A stretch of 64,000 nucleotides of DNA from IMG/VR virus record IMGVR_UViG_3300001605_000009. One strand, written 5' to 3'. The position numbers were made by a program, and so were the translations under genes. Under the pieces are notes generated by a model that made no database searches, was not told the origin of the DNA, and saw only the letters and a program-made list of their open reading frames with translations. The DNA is from a virus (lineage: Duplodnaviria; Heunggongvirae; Uroviricota; Caudoviricetes). Each line of letters begins with the position of its first letter. Positions within the stretch are counted from its first letter, which is position 1. Positions 52,927 to 61,354 of the stretch are shown piece after piece.

Positions 52927-53425
52927 AGAATCTCTCTAAGTAAAGGGCTTCACCTTCTGAAATGCCTAGTGCACGGAACCAGCTACGAAAGTATAAGTCT
53001 AACTCTTCAGAACGCTCATGCTTTCCTTTATGGAACTGTTTAAAGTCTTTCCAGTTTTGTACTTTATCAGCAATAAGCATCTTATTGACCTGCTCTAGTG
53101 GACTGATTTTAATCTGTCTACGAAGCTCTAGTGGGCACCAGTCTTTATAATTATTACGAAATACAATGTCACTAAGACTGGCATTAGCAATATTACGGTA
53201 TTCCATAACGTATACTACCACGAGCTGTGGAAGCTTTACAAGCTCGAAGTAATTATCCTCTAGGTCATAATCATTTTGGTACATGGGGTGCAGACGATAT
53301 GCCAGAATGGCCGCAGGATCGGTTCCAAGAGCCTCTAGAATACGAGTTCCCTCTTTGATATGATTAATGAGGGGCACACCTGAGCGCTTTGCGGTTCGAT
53401 TACCGTAGAATTCTTCAATAGTCAT
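52919..53425 (-). CDS. hypothetical protein (start moved to the internal Met; the upstream frame is occupied by a small membrane-protein ORF at 53427-53580)
   Basis: An ATGA overlap with a 51-residue hydrophobic ORF in another frame. Confidence 0.35.
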   Translation of the reverse strand: MTIEEFYGNRTAKRSGVPLINHIKEGTRILEALGTDPAAILAYRLHPMYQNDYDLEDNYFELVKLPQLVVVYVMEYRNIANASLSDIVFRNNYKDWCPLELRRQIKISPLEQVNKMLIADKVQNWKDFKQFHKGKHERSEELDLYFRSWFRALGISEGEALYLERFCD

Positions 53426-53718
53426 AGATTCTCCATTAGTACGCGGACACCAATTAGACTGAGCATAGCGCAGACTACAAAACAGAAAGCCAGAGCAAAG
53501 ATGGAACACTCAACAGCAATACCTGCTACAATAGTGAATCCAAAGACTCCTACTATAGCTGTTCTAACCGAGTTGTTCATAGTACTTCCTTTGTGCTTCC
53601 GTTAGTTGTGCGTCATGCGACGCATTATGAATAGGGTCGAATCCACACTCTGGGCAGCTTTCTTCCCAGAAGAAGAATCTGTAGTCACAGTGTATGCAGT
53701 ATTCGTCTGGATTACGCA

Positions 53719-53925
53719 TTACCATGACGGAAACTCATCTTCATAATCAGAGTTATAGGCATCCCAACCATCTCGCCGGAGTTGAGCCTGATTTTCTCGG
53801 TAAGATGGAATCTCTGAGCAGGGGTTACTAATATTATAAACTACAGGTTTATCTGAGCTGAGCATACTCTTTAGCCAGCGCACATCAGCCTCTAGTCGGG
53901 CCACTCTTAGTTCTAGTTCATTCAT
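53719..53925 (-). CDS. hypothetical coiled-coil protein
   Basis: ORF only. Confidence 0.3.
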   Translation of the reverse strand: MNELELRVARLEADVRWLKSMLSSDKPVVYNISNPCSEIPSYRENQAQLRRDGWDAYNSDYEDEFPSW

Positions 53926-54467
53926 TATTCAAATCCTCTTAGTGCAGCAAATGTTTTAGGCAGACTCTGACAGACTTCGTACGCTAGCAGCAGCTTTCGC
54001 ACTTCTGCATCCGTCATTTCATCTAGGTCTTTGGGACTTTGAAATCCTCGGCCCACAATTTTAACAAGTTCAGCTCCCGCGCGGTCTGCGTCTCCAATTG
54101 CAATGATCGGTCGCTGTCTACGCATAATACGGAACCAAGATACAAGTCGTCTAGGCGTTGCTCCAAGAACCGCGACGGCGGACAGACCAAGATTGTGTAG
54201 CTTGATTGCTTTAAAGATTCCCTCAACGATGTATAGTGGGCCTCCAAAGTCTCTGGAGTAGAATCCGTCGACATCCCTCGGTAAATACGTATAATATCTT
54301 CCTTCTCGTGGGTCATTTCTTTTCTCCTTACTAGCGCCAGGTCGGTAAACCTGATAACCTACTAGCCTGCTACCGTTGTACAGCATAAATGTAGCTGTTT
54401 CGCCATCAGTGTAATATGTGCCCGGAGAGGCACCACGTGAGGCCATATGTTCAACCAAGCATGTCAC
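53925..54467 (-). CDS. standalone TOPRIM-domain protein
   Basis: TOPRIM motifs IVEGIFKAIKLHNLG and AIGDADRAG. Confidence 0.5.
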   Translation of the reverse strand: MTCLVEHMASRGASPGTYYTDGETATFMLYNGSRLVGYQVYRPGASKEKRNDPREGRYYTYLPRDVDGFYSRDFGGPLYIVEGIFKAIKLHNLGLSAVAVLGATPRRLVSWFRIMRRQRPIIAIGDADRAGAELVKIVGRGFQSPKDLDEMTDAEVRKLLLAYEVCQSLPKTFAALRGFE

Positions 54468-54645
54468 GAATAATTTGTCCTAATGCCCATAGACCACCAA
54501 TAGTTGCTAGGACTCCAACAACCACTTGAAAAACTGTGATGAAGAGAGGCACAGAGGTTAAAACAGCTACAGTGCCAACCAGCAGTGCAGCTAGGATTCC
54601 TAGGGCTACACTTTTAAGAAAGTCAACCAAAGTAAATATCCCCAA
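54451..54645 (-). CDS. small membrane protein (first of a cluster of five or six tiny hydrophobic ORFs spanning 54.45-55.35 kb)
   Basis: Hydrophobic 64-residue ORF. The neighbouring ORFs are similar and most are shorter than 60 residues. Confidence 0.35.
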   Translation of the reverse strand: MGIFTLVDFLKSVALGILAALLVGTVAVLTSVPLFITVFQVVVGVLATIGGLWALGQIIRDMLG

Positions 54646-54855
54646 GAGTATATGATATAAACATTACGCCTAAAGCTATAATTACCCAGGCTACTAGCTT
54701 GTAGACCATTACAATGTGTATAAAGGCCACCATTAGTAGCAGTACTCCAAATCCTAGTACTAGTCTAATCAGATGATGCATGAACTACAACTCCCACAAT
54801 GATTGCACAGGCTAGTAGAAAGGCGGAAGCGGCTAGAAAGATGCCTAGAATTACT

Positions 54856-55038
54856 TCAATCATAACCAAGATCCTCCTTAACTAAGCTTCCTATAACACA
54901 TAGAAGGGGAACTAGAAACAGTAGACCGAAAACTATCACTGCAATAACCGGAAAGCTATTGACAAAAGCCACTAAGCAGGATATCGCCACTCCTAAGAAT
55001 AGGACGAAGCCTAGTCCAAAAAAGAAGTTTTTAATCAT
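54856..55038 (-). CDS. small membrane protein
   Basis: Hydrophobic 60-residue ORF. Confidence 0.35.
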   Translation of the reverse strand: MIKNFFFGLGFVLFLGVAISCLVAFVNSFPVIAVIVFGLLFLVPLLCVIGSLVKEDLGYD

Positions 55039-55419
55039 AATAGAATTGCATCCCCAATAACTACTGATCCCACGACTAGTAGCAATACCGTCATGCCACC
55101 AATTACTAGGTTAGGAAATGCAATAGCTAGTTGCATAAGTCCGAAAAAGACGGCGGCTAGAATAGCGAGGGCACCAAACCCAACAATGAAACTTTTAACC
55201 ACGAATTAGATTCCCAATTACACCAGACACGATAAGAGTAGTAGCTACGATCCATAGTATGGTCATGAAGCCGGGCACAAAAGCAAATCCAGCAATAACT
55301 GGCACTACGATTATGAGGCCCACTCCAACGTCTCTAAGCAATTCCATTTTCATTTCTCCTTAATTGAGTTTAATATACACTGGAAAAAGCCGGCTGTCAA
55401 GGGTTAAATCGGGGTTGGG

Positions 55420-55461
55420 TGAAAAATAATTCTTGACATTGCAACTGTTTTTTGTTATATT
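55420..55461 (+). promoter_or_regulatory. sigma70 promoter (TTGACA, 17-nt spacer, TATATT) with flanking ATTGCAA direct and inverted repeats
   Basis: aaaaataattcTTGACAttgcaactgttttttgtTATATT. The ATTGCAA repeats may be an operator. The leftward partner promoter (TTGACA, 17-nt spacer, TATATT) at about 55376-55405 drives the small membrane genes. Confidence 0.55.
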
Positions 55462-55500
55462 TTTTATATTGCAAAAGCGTTGCAAAGTCAGAGGAAATCA

Positions 55501-55818
55501 ATGGAAGAAAAACTAGACAAAATTATATCACTACTAGAGGAGTTAGTTTATAACTCTAAACACTATAACGGATATGTTAAATGGTCCTACGAACAGGAAG
55601 AATTTCTAGATATTATGTTTACAGCAGGGCACGATGTTCCAGAATTAATAAAGCTCATTAAAGAAAAATTTGGTATTGATAGATCAGCCGGGGCCATATG
55701 CTCTAGACTAAGTAAGCTTGGACTAAATAAGCCTATTGAAAAGAAACGAGTCATTGAAAAGAAAGAGTCTACTACTATAGAAGATATTTTTGACCTACTA
55801 CCGTGGGAAGTAGAATGA
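55501..55818 (+). CDS. helix-turn-helix protein (plus-strand member of the paralog family)
   Basis: The ATG at 55501 has a ribosome-binding site upstream. Motif IKEKFGIDRSAGAICSRLSKLGL. Confidence 0.5.
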   Translation: MEEKLDKIISLLEELVYNSKHYNGYVKWSYEQEEFLDIMFTAGHDVPELIKLIKEKFGIDRSAGAICSRLSKLGLNKPIEKKRVIEKKESTTIEDIFDLLPWEVE

Positions 55819-56324
55819 GCGTAGATAATATTAGAAACAATCCGCGATGGACCGCAGAAGAAGAAGAGAAACTGTGTAGGGCTGTATCCGCTTACTCGGA
55901 TTGGGACGAAGTCCCATACGCTAGTATTCAGGACAAATACTTCCCACACCGATCTGTGTCAGCTCTGCAAGCTAAGTATCTTCGTACTAAAGATAAATAT
56001 TCCTTCTATCAGTGGAGTGATAACGCATCTAAAAATGTGTTCAGAATGTACCTGGATGGGGCCTCCATCGGTCAAATTCACACTAAGATGATAGAAGTGG
56101 GACTAACTGGAGCGAGCCCACGAGATATTGAGCTAGAGATAGAAAGGCTTCGAGGGATTCTCTCTAGTAAGGTTAGGACTTATGCCGAAGAGCATGGACT
56201 TAGGCCAACTAAGAGATATTCGCTGGAACAGCTCCAAGCTTTCGCCAAATTCAAAGCTCCCGAGGGCAACTCCTTCGCAGCTAAAGCCGCTATTGCAGCG
56301 CTTCATGAGATTATTAATGGCTAG
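55803..56324 (+). CDS. Myb/SANT-like helix-turn-helix repeat protein
   Basis: WTAEEEEKL and a helix-turn-helix motif of the paralog-family type. Confidence 0.45.
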   Translation: MGSRMSVDNIRNNPRWTAEEEEKLCRAVSAYSDWDEVPYASIQDKYFPHRSVSALQAKYLRTKDKYSFYQWSDNASKNVFRMYLDGASIGQIHTKMIEVGLTGASPRDIELEIERLRGILSSKVRTYAEEHGLRPTKRYSLEQLQAFAKFKAPEGNSFAAKAAIAALHEIING

Positions 56325-56637
56325 AGGCTGGACACCACAAGAGGATGAATTACTACTTAGACTTCGAGACGAAGGTCTCACAGCTAGGGAGATTGCTCTT
56401 AGACTAGAGCGCAGTGCTGGAGCAATCAGAATGAGAGCTTCACTACTAGCTGAGGACAAGCAGAAACGCTGGACTGAAGCTGATAAGCAGCTAGTATTTC
56501 AACTTAAATCTGAAGGACATACTAACAAGTTTATTGCTATAAAACTGGGCAGAACAGCATCTTCAATTAGTACGTTTGTCTCTCGCAACTGGCATGTTGA
56601 ACAGGCTTCAACCGATGCTAGGAAAAATAATTCTTGA
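56317..56637 (+). CDS. Myb/SANT-like helix-turn-helix repeat protein (start set to the ATG at 56317)
   Basis: Motifs WTPQEDELLLRL, IALRLERSAGAIRMRASLL and IAIKLGRTASSISTFVSRNW. Confidence 0.45.
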   Translation: MARGWTPQEDELLLRLRDEGLTAREIALRLERSAGAIRMRASLLAEDKQKRWTEADKQLVFQLKSEGHTNKFIAIKLGRTASSISTFVSRNWHVEQASTDARKNNS

Positions 56638-56663
56638 CATTTGATATCGCATATGGTATCATA
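56622..56663 (+). promoter_or_regulatory. sigma70 promoter (TTGACA, 17-nt spacer, TATCAT) firing into a 500-bp ORF-free region
   Basis: aaaaataattcTTGACAtttgatatcgcatatggTATCAT. It overlaps the stop of the preceding gene. Confidence 0.5.
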
Positions 56664-57112
56664 CAAACTATGTTAAGTTAGATTGCTTTATATTTACTTT
56701 TATTCTGTTATTGACCTGATCGCGACGGTCCGAGCGTCTCGGATCCGTCGCGTATTCAGGGAGACTCAATACAGACTTTATATCGTGTCTAACTTGTTTT
56801 GCTACAGCCCTTAACGGGCTGGAATTGCGTTTAAAATCCGCTACAAAAATTATGGCTATTTTAAGCTCTTTCTACAAGGCTGTATCGGCTTTTTGATAAC
56901 TTTCTCTTCATTCATCATAAACTTGATCCAACCTAACTCTAGCCGCTCGCTTTAGCCTCGATTCAGCCTGCTGTAGCTCGTTAAAATGTCGTTAGTTGCG
57001 CACGAAGTGCGCTGGATTTAGCTTCAGGCACCAGCTCAACCAAAATAATTTTTTGGCGCTTTTGCTTGGGTGCCAACACAAAAAAGGCCGTACCAAACTG
57101 GCACAGCCTCAT

Positions 57113-57154
57113 AAAAACCGAAAAAAGCGGGTCTAACTTTCGTTAGGCCCGCTT
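57113..57154 (-). terminator. rho-independent terminator (bidirectional, stronger on the minus strand)
   Basis: AAGCGGGTCTAAC-TTTCG-TTAGGCCCGCTT with a T6 tract on the minus strand. Confidence 0.65.
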
Positions 57155-57161
57155 AAGTTGT

Positions 57162-57380
57162 TTAATCTGCAAAAATCTCGTAAGAAAGCTCAAAATCTGC
57201 GTCAAGCACCATCTCACCTACTAGCAGTTCCTCGTCCTCGGAGAGGACTAGCACGATGTCAAAAAATCCAGCAGCACTGTGCACAACCTGGATCGCCTCG
57301 CGATCATACTCTAGGAAAAGGTCTGGAATAGCTTGCGCATACTGCGTCAAGATCGTCTCAATATCGTCGCGAATGTTCAT
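57162..57380 (-). CDS. small acidic protein
   Basis: A 72-residue Asp/Glu-rich ORF. Confidence 0.4.
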   Translation of the reverse strand: MNIRDDIETILTQYAQAIPDLFLEYDREAIQVVHSAAGFFDIVLVLSEDEELLVGEMVLDADFELSYEIFAD

Positions 57381-57575
57381 TGCTTATCTCCGTTGCTTGA
57401 AACTCATTCTAGCCGTTTTAGTGCGCGAAGTCAACATGAAAAAAATAGTTCTTGACACCAGTTTGCACCTGGTTGGCGAACGAAGTTCGCAAGCTTGGTA
57501 AAAATAGTTCTTGACACAAGCATGGCCTAAAATAGATGTTGACTTCGCACTAGCCGGCGCAGGATTTTTGGCGCT

Positions 57576-57620
57576 ACAAAAATAACCGCCACACCTTTGC
57601 AGGGGGCGGTTATTTTTCGT
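57576..57620 (-). terminator. bidirectional rho-independent terminator
   Basis: ATAACCGCC-loop-GGCGGTTAT with T-tracts on both strands. Confidence 0.6.
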
Positions 57621-57768
57621 ACTAGCCGATCCAACGGCAGGCTCTGTTCATTCTAGACTGCGTAAAACAGGCACTGGGAGGGATCCGGTCGTGTACTGAT
57701 ACTAGGAGGGGTGAGGAGTGTCGTTGCTACTCAATGCCTCACCTTATTGTAGCGTTTCCTAGTATTGC

Positions 57769-58080
57769 TTAGGCACTCAGTTTCGAACGAAGTTCGACGA
57801 GTACCAACTTAGGAGCCTTCTCAAGACCATCGAGGCTGCGACCAACGAGGGCCGAAATCTCAGCTACAATGTCTTCCTTGCTCTCGATCTTACCGCCAGT
57901 CTTGCTGGTCTTGACCTTACCACGGTAGGAGCCGAGGCGGACTGCCTTAGCACGCACCGAGCGCACGTCCTTACCAAATTCAGCGGCGAGCATTTCTGCC
58001 GTAGCGTTGTCGATAACCTCGAATTCAGCGAGGCGGGCTTCTTGAGCGTCGGTGTAGTTCTTGATGATGGTCTTGGTCAT
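57769..58080 (-). CDS. helix-turn-helix paralog family member
   Basis: LAAEFGKDVRSVRAKAVRLGSYRGKVKTSKTGG aligns along its whole length with the ORF at 60752..61075. Confidence 0.55.
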   Translation of the reverse strand: MTKTIIKNYTDAQEARLAEFEVIDNATAEMLAAEFGKDVRSVRAKAVRLGSYRGKVKTSKTGGKIESKEDIVAEISALVGRSLDGLEKAPKLVLVELRSKLSA

Positions 58081-58148
58081 AAATGATCCTTTTCTTGGGT
58101 TGATTTAGTATTTATAGTTGGTTTGGGGTTGAATGTCAACTACTATTT

Positions 58149-58244
58149 TCAGAAGTCCTGGTACATGTCCCAGACGCGGCTGGTGTCGTAGTCGTCTTCG
58201 AGGGCGTCTTGGTCTTCAACGAAATCGTCTTGATACTGATCCAT
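58149..58244 (-). CDS. 31-residue highly acidic mini-protein (candidate DNA mimic or anti-restriction protein)
   Basis: MDQYQDDFVEDQDALEDDYDTSRVWDMYQDF, with the ribosome-binding site gaaggaagga upstream. It is not in the ORF track. Confidence 0.4.
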   Translation of the reverse strand: MDQYQDDFVEDQDALEDDYDTSRVWDMYQDF

Positions 58245-58278
58245 ATTTTGTTTCCTTCCTTCTCGCTCTTGATGTACT

Positions 58279-58310
58279 CTTATAACCGGAAAGCGGTCGG
58301 CGGTCAACAT
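58279..58310 (-). promoter_or_regulatory. sigma70 promoter (TTGACC, 17-nt spacer, TATAAG) carrying the conserved box CTCTTGATGTACTCTTATA
   Basis: The box recurs upstream (on the minus strand) of the genes at 59215..59940 and 60752..61075. Confidence 0.5.
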
Positions 58311-58339
58311 AAACTTTTAGCAGTGCTGGTCGGCTTTGG

Positions 58340-58380
58340 TTATTTTTTAACTTGACTTTGCATTGATTTGCCACTATAAT
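58340..58380 (+). promoter_or_regulatory. consensus sigma70 promoter (TTGACT, 17-nt spacer, TATAAT) firing into a 470-bp ORF-free segment
   Basis: ttaacTTGACTttgcattgatttgccacTATAATtttggcgctgcgcgcc. Confidence 0.6.
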
Positions 58381-58716
58381 TTTGGCGCTGCGCGCCTTAC
58401 CAGACCTTCTTCGAGGTCATTTTCAGCACACGTAAAAATTGAACTTGCACTAGGTCGTCGCGGCGCTAAGGGGCTCGTTATAAGTTGCTCCCGCACTCTT
58501 CCTAGCAGGTAACTTTCGCACTAGCATTGCTTTCGCACTGGCGCAGGAACGCTGTTCTCGTTTTGTTCTCGGTTTGTTCCATGTGATGATATATCGTTAC
58601 GCTCATTTAACATAACATGCTTTCCCTGATTTAAGCTGCCTAAGTCATTGATATTACTAGATAAAACCGTTTAACATAATGCATTTTATCAAACCCATAT
58701 TTATTTTTCCTAGCTC

Positions 58717-58745
58717 TTGACAAATGTGTTGAAACCTGTTAAAAT
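58717..58745 (+). promoter_or_regulatory. island plus-strand promoter cassette (TTGACA, 17-nt spacer, TAAAAT, then CGGCGC), copy 1
   Basis: cTTGACAaatgtgttgaaacctgtTAAAATcggcgc. A TG dinucleotide at -15/-14 gives an extended -10 element. Confidence 0.6.
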
Positions 58746-58932
58746 CGGCGCTAGGCCATTTTCGGCGCTGTCACATCCATTATAGCAGGTTTTAATGGGC
58801 TTGTCAATAGGAAAAATCGCCTGTGGATAAATATATTCTAGCGCGGCCTGACCGAACAAAACGGGAACAAAAATTTCGGCGCATTCAGCGCGCTATTTTC
58901 AGTATAGCATATGCCAAAAATGCTGTCAAGCG

Positions 58933-58973
58933 AAAAAAATGCTCCAGAACCAGTCTGGAGCATTTTCTTTTTC
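58933..58973 (-). terminator. bidirectional rho-independent terminator
   Basis: ATGCTCCAGA-ACCAGT-CTGGAGCAT flanked by an A6 tract and a T tract. Confidence 0.75.
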
Positions 58974-59175
58974 AGTCCTTCACTTCAACGTCGATAGTAA
59001 AGGATAGTTCGACTTCTTTATATAACTTGACGTTATAAACACTTACGCCATTTTTTACTTCCTCTTTAATGTCGTCTAGTATGTCTGCTAGTGACTCACT
59101 ATAGTAACTGCCAGTCACACCGCCAGTAATGCCCAAGATTTCAGCATAAAACATAATACTTAATCCTTTTTCCAA
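58972..59175 (-). CDS. hypothetical small protein
   Basis: ORF followed by a terminator. Confidence 0.4.
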   Translation of the reverse strand: MEKGLSIMFYAEILGITGGVTGSYYSESLADILDDIKEEVKNGVSVYNVKLYKEVELSFTIDVEVKD

Positions 59176-59214
59176 AGTTGGGGCAAGTAATCATTACTTG
59201 CCCCGTTTCTGTTT

Positions 59215-59940
59215 TTACTTGACCGTGAAGTGATCCCGAACGGCGAAGTCACGATAGTTGTATGGCGGCGGATTCATATAGTCAGACGGTGAAGTATTTT
59301 TGACTAATGCCGTAAGAATAGGCACCTCGTAATACTTGGCGTCTTCTAGTGCCGTATGTGGTTCGTCTGGCAATCCCGCGCCTAGCAGAAATTTTGCCAT
59401 AACATCGGCATTAGTTTGCACGCCCATATGCCCTGTTTTACTTGTGCGATTGCCGAAATAGTGATTCTGCAAAGCAAAGTTAAGAAAAGCGCGAGTATTG
59501 CCCCACTTAGCAGCGGCAGCGTGCCACAAACAAAATTGACTAGGGAACAAATCATTGGCAATAATGCCAGACTTGTTCATCTTATCACGGTCGAAAGCCA
59601 AGTTATAGGCTGTCATAACAGGCGAGTACTTAGCGGCAATCTTGCTAAGTACGCGATTAACAGCACCAACGCTTGCCAATACTCGCGTTCCGTCTTGTAG
59701 CATTTGCTCATAAGCGGCGTAGCGCGCGGGCAGGCTTTCCTTGCTGAAAACATCGCCCTTATCCCCGAAAACATGAAACAGAGGGTGCGCCTCTTTATCG
59801 CTGAAAAAGTCGCCAATTAGAATGCCCATCTCATAATGGATGTTTCCTTGCTTGTCGGAAACAACGATGCCCATATCCGCGACCATATTGGTTTGCGTTG
59901 TTTCCGTGTCAATTGTCAAGAAAAACTTTTTCTTACCCAT
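59215..59940 (-). CDS. DEDDh 3'-5' exonuclease (DnaQ/RNase T-like)
   Basis: Exo I FLTIDTETT, Exo II YNLAFDRD and Exo III HTALEDA motifs. Confidence 0.75.
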   Translation of the reverse strand: MGKKKFFLTIDTETTQTNMVADMGIVVSDKQGNIHYEMGILIGDFFSDKEAHPLFHVFGDKGDVFSKESLPARYAAYEQMLQDGTRVLASVGAVNRVLSKIAAKYSPVMTAYNLAFDRDKMNKSGIIANDLFPSQFCLWHAAAAKWGNTRAFLNFALQNHYFGNRTSKTGHMGVQTNADVMAKFLLGAGLPDEPHTALEDAKYYEVPILTALVKNTSPSDYMNPPPYNYRDFAVRDHFTVK

Positions 59941-59998
59941 TTTTCGTTCCTTTGCCCTTTGGGTCTTTCAGGAGAGCCTTGCGCCCTCTTGATGCTCT

Positions 59999-60045
59999 CT
60001 TATACCTAGCGAATCGTTGCCCGTCAAGAAAAACTTTTCCACAAT
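59999..60045 (-). promoter_or_regulatory. sigma70 promoter (TTGACG, 17-nt spacer, TATAAG) with an upstream DnaA-box-like TTTTCCACA
   Basis: The minus strand reads TGTGGAAAAgtttttcTTGACGggcaacgattcgctaggTATAAG. Confidence 0.55.
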
Positions 60046-60061
60046 TTATTTATTTTTGCTC

Positions 60062-60090
60062 TTGACAGATTGATTGGACCCTGTTAAAAT
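60062..60090 (+). promoter_or_regulatory. island plus-strand promoter cassette, copy 2
   Basis: cTTGACAgattgattggaccctgtTAAAATcggcgcc, with a terminator hairpin starting about 10 nt downstream. Confidence 0.6.
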
Positions 60091-60098
60091 CGGCGCCA

Positions 60099-60131
60099 AT
60101 AAACCCTTGAAAAACAAGGGTTTATTTTGTT
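60099..60131 (+). terminator. rho-independent terminator
   Basis: AAACCCTTG-AAAAA-CAAGGGTTT followed by ATTTTGTT. Confidence 0.65.
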
Positions 60132-60136
60132 GGCTG

Positions 60137-60538
60137 CTATACTATCGGAAACACAAGTATTGCAAGCAATATAGAATTGAGAGCAAAGCCAATGCCATTA
60201 GAGACAATATAGAGCATATCCTTTTGATATACTGCTCGCCACAAGTAAAGCGCCAAGCCAACCCAAGTCAAGAGTACCATTGATAGTGGTGGCATAGTGG
60301 TGTTATATCCGGCAATTTTTCCGACCATAGTGGGAACAGTATTGCTATGCAGCATAACCATTGCAAGCCAGCCAGCAATTTCAGGGGCTGGCATATTGCG
60401 AATTTTTTGAAAAAACATTGACTTTTCCTTTTTCTTGGGAAAATTCCCATAAGCCGCGTCATGCAAACAAGCCGCCACTAGATCATTGCCTAGTGCCCGT
60501 TCCCGCTTGCTTGCCGCTAGAAGTTCGTTTTTCGTCAT
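60137..60538 (-). CDS. membrane protein with C-terminal transmembrane helices
   Basis: A 133-residue ORF with a hydrophobic C-terminal half. Confidence 0.45.
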   Translation of the reverse strand: MTKNELLAASKRERALGNDLVAACLHDAAYGNFPKKKEKSMFFQKIRNMPAPEIAGWLAMVMLHSNTVPTMVGKIAGYNTTMPPLSMVLLTWVGLALYLWRAVYQKDMLYIVSNGIGFALNSILLAILVFPIV

Positions 60539-60607
60539 GCCCTCTTATGGACTAGGCCAGCCGACCCGTCAAGAAAAACTTTTCCACAAATAAAAATAAA
60601 TAAGCTA

Positions 60608-60636
60608 TTGACAAACCCTAGCGCGTCTGCTAAAAT
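60608..60636 (+). promoter_or_regulatory. island plus-strand promoter cassette, copy 3
   Basis: aTTGACAaaccctagcgcgtctgcTAAAATcggcgcc. Confidence 0.55.
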
Positions 60637-60704
60637 CGGCGCCTCCAGCCGGATTTTTTGGCGCTAATACAATTATAACAGAATCAAAAGGCTTTGTCAA
60701 GCCC

Positions 60705-60742
60705 AAAAAACAAATAAAAAAAGTGGGGGATTTCTCCCCCAC
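60705..60742 (-). terminator. rho-independent terminator (minus strand only)
   Basis: GTGGGGGA-TTTC-TCCCCCAC followed on the minus strand by TTTTTTTATTTGTTTTTT. Confidence 0.75.
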
Positions 60743-60751
60743 CCTATTGAC

Positions 60752-61075
60752 TTATGCGGAAAGCCGTTCCCGAAGGATTTGCAAGGCCAGCTTAGGGGCC
60801 TTTTCCAGTCCGTCCATATTTTTCTGGACAAGTGCCGCAATGTCTGCAACAATGTCTTCCTTGGTTTCGACTGGGCCGCCAGTCTTGCTGGTCTTTTCCT
60901 TAGCCTTATAAATGCCCATGCGAGTTGCCTTAGCGCGAATTGAGCGAACGTCCTTGCCGAGCTTTTCGGCCAATTCGATTGCCTTATCATTGTCAATGAT
61001 GCCAGCGGCCAAGAGAACAGCCTCTTGTTCAGCCGAGTAGTTCTTGACGGTTTCGGTTTTTGCAGTAGCAGCCAT
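60752..61075 (-). CDS. helix-turn-helix paralog family member
   Basis: LAEKLGKDVRSIRAKATRMGIYKAKEKTSKTGG is co-linear with the ORF at 57769..58080. Confidence 0.55.
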   Translation of the reverse strand: MAATAKTETVKNYSAEQEAVLLAAGIIDNDKAIELAEKLGKDVRSIRAKATRMGIYKAKEKTSKTGGPVETKEDIVADIAALVQKNMDGLEKAPKLALQILRERLSA

Positions 61076-61208
61076 GAGAAAATTTCCTTTTTATCTCGAA
61101 GGGCCTATCCCCTCTTGATGTACTCTTATACCGCGCGTTTGCATGTCTGGCAAGAGAAAAATGCACGAAAGCCGAAAAAACTTTTCCACAGTACATTTAT
61201 TTTTGCTC

Positions 61209-61237
61209 TTGACAGGCTCTAGGAAACCTGCTAAAAT
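61209..61237 (+). promoter_or_regulatory. island plus-strand promoter cassette, copy 4
   Basis: cTTGACAggctctaggaaacctgcTAAAATttggcgcc. Confidence 0.55.
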
Positions 61238-61287
61238 TTGGCGCCAATAGGCCTTCAGAAATCTTTTCGCTTGACACGTTTTTTCGC

Positions 61288-61316
61288 TTGACACGGCTGG
61301 CGTTCCGTCCTATAGT
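61288..61316 (+). promoter_or_regulatory. additional plus-strand promoter (TTGACA, 17-nt spacer, TATAGT) inside a tandem 17-bp duplication
   Basis: The sequence cgcTTGACAcg occurs twice. The second copy is followed by a 17-nt spacer and TATAGT, and about 70 nt further on by a terminator. Confidence 0.5.
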
Positions 61317-61354
61317 GAGAGTAGCGGGCAAAATTTTCGGCGCCTTTGGCACAT

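Noticed and set aside
60074-60283. A plus-strand 69-residue ORF starting inside promoter cassette 2
   Set aside because: It runs through a terminator hairpin and is antisense to a minus-strand membrane-protein gene that has a proper promoter and ribosome-binding site.
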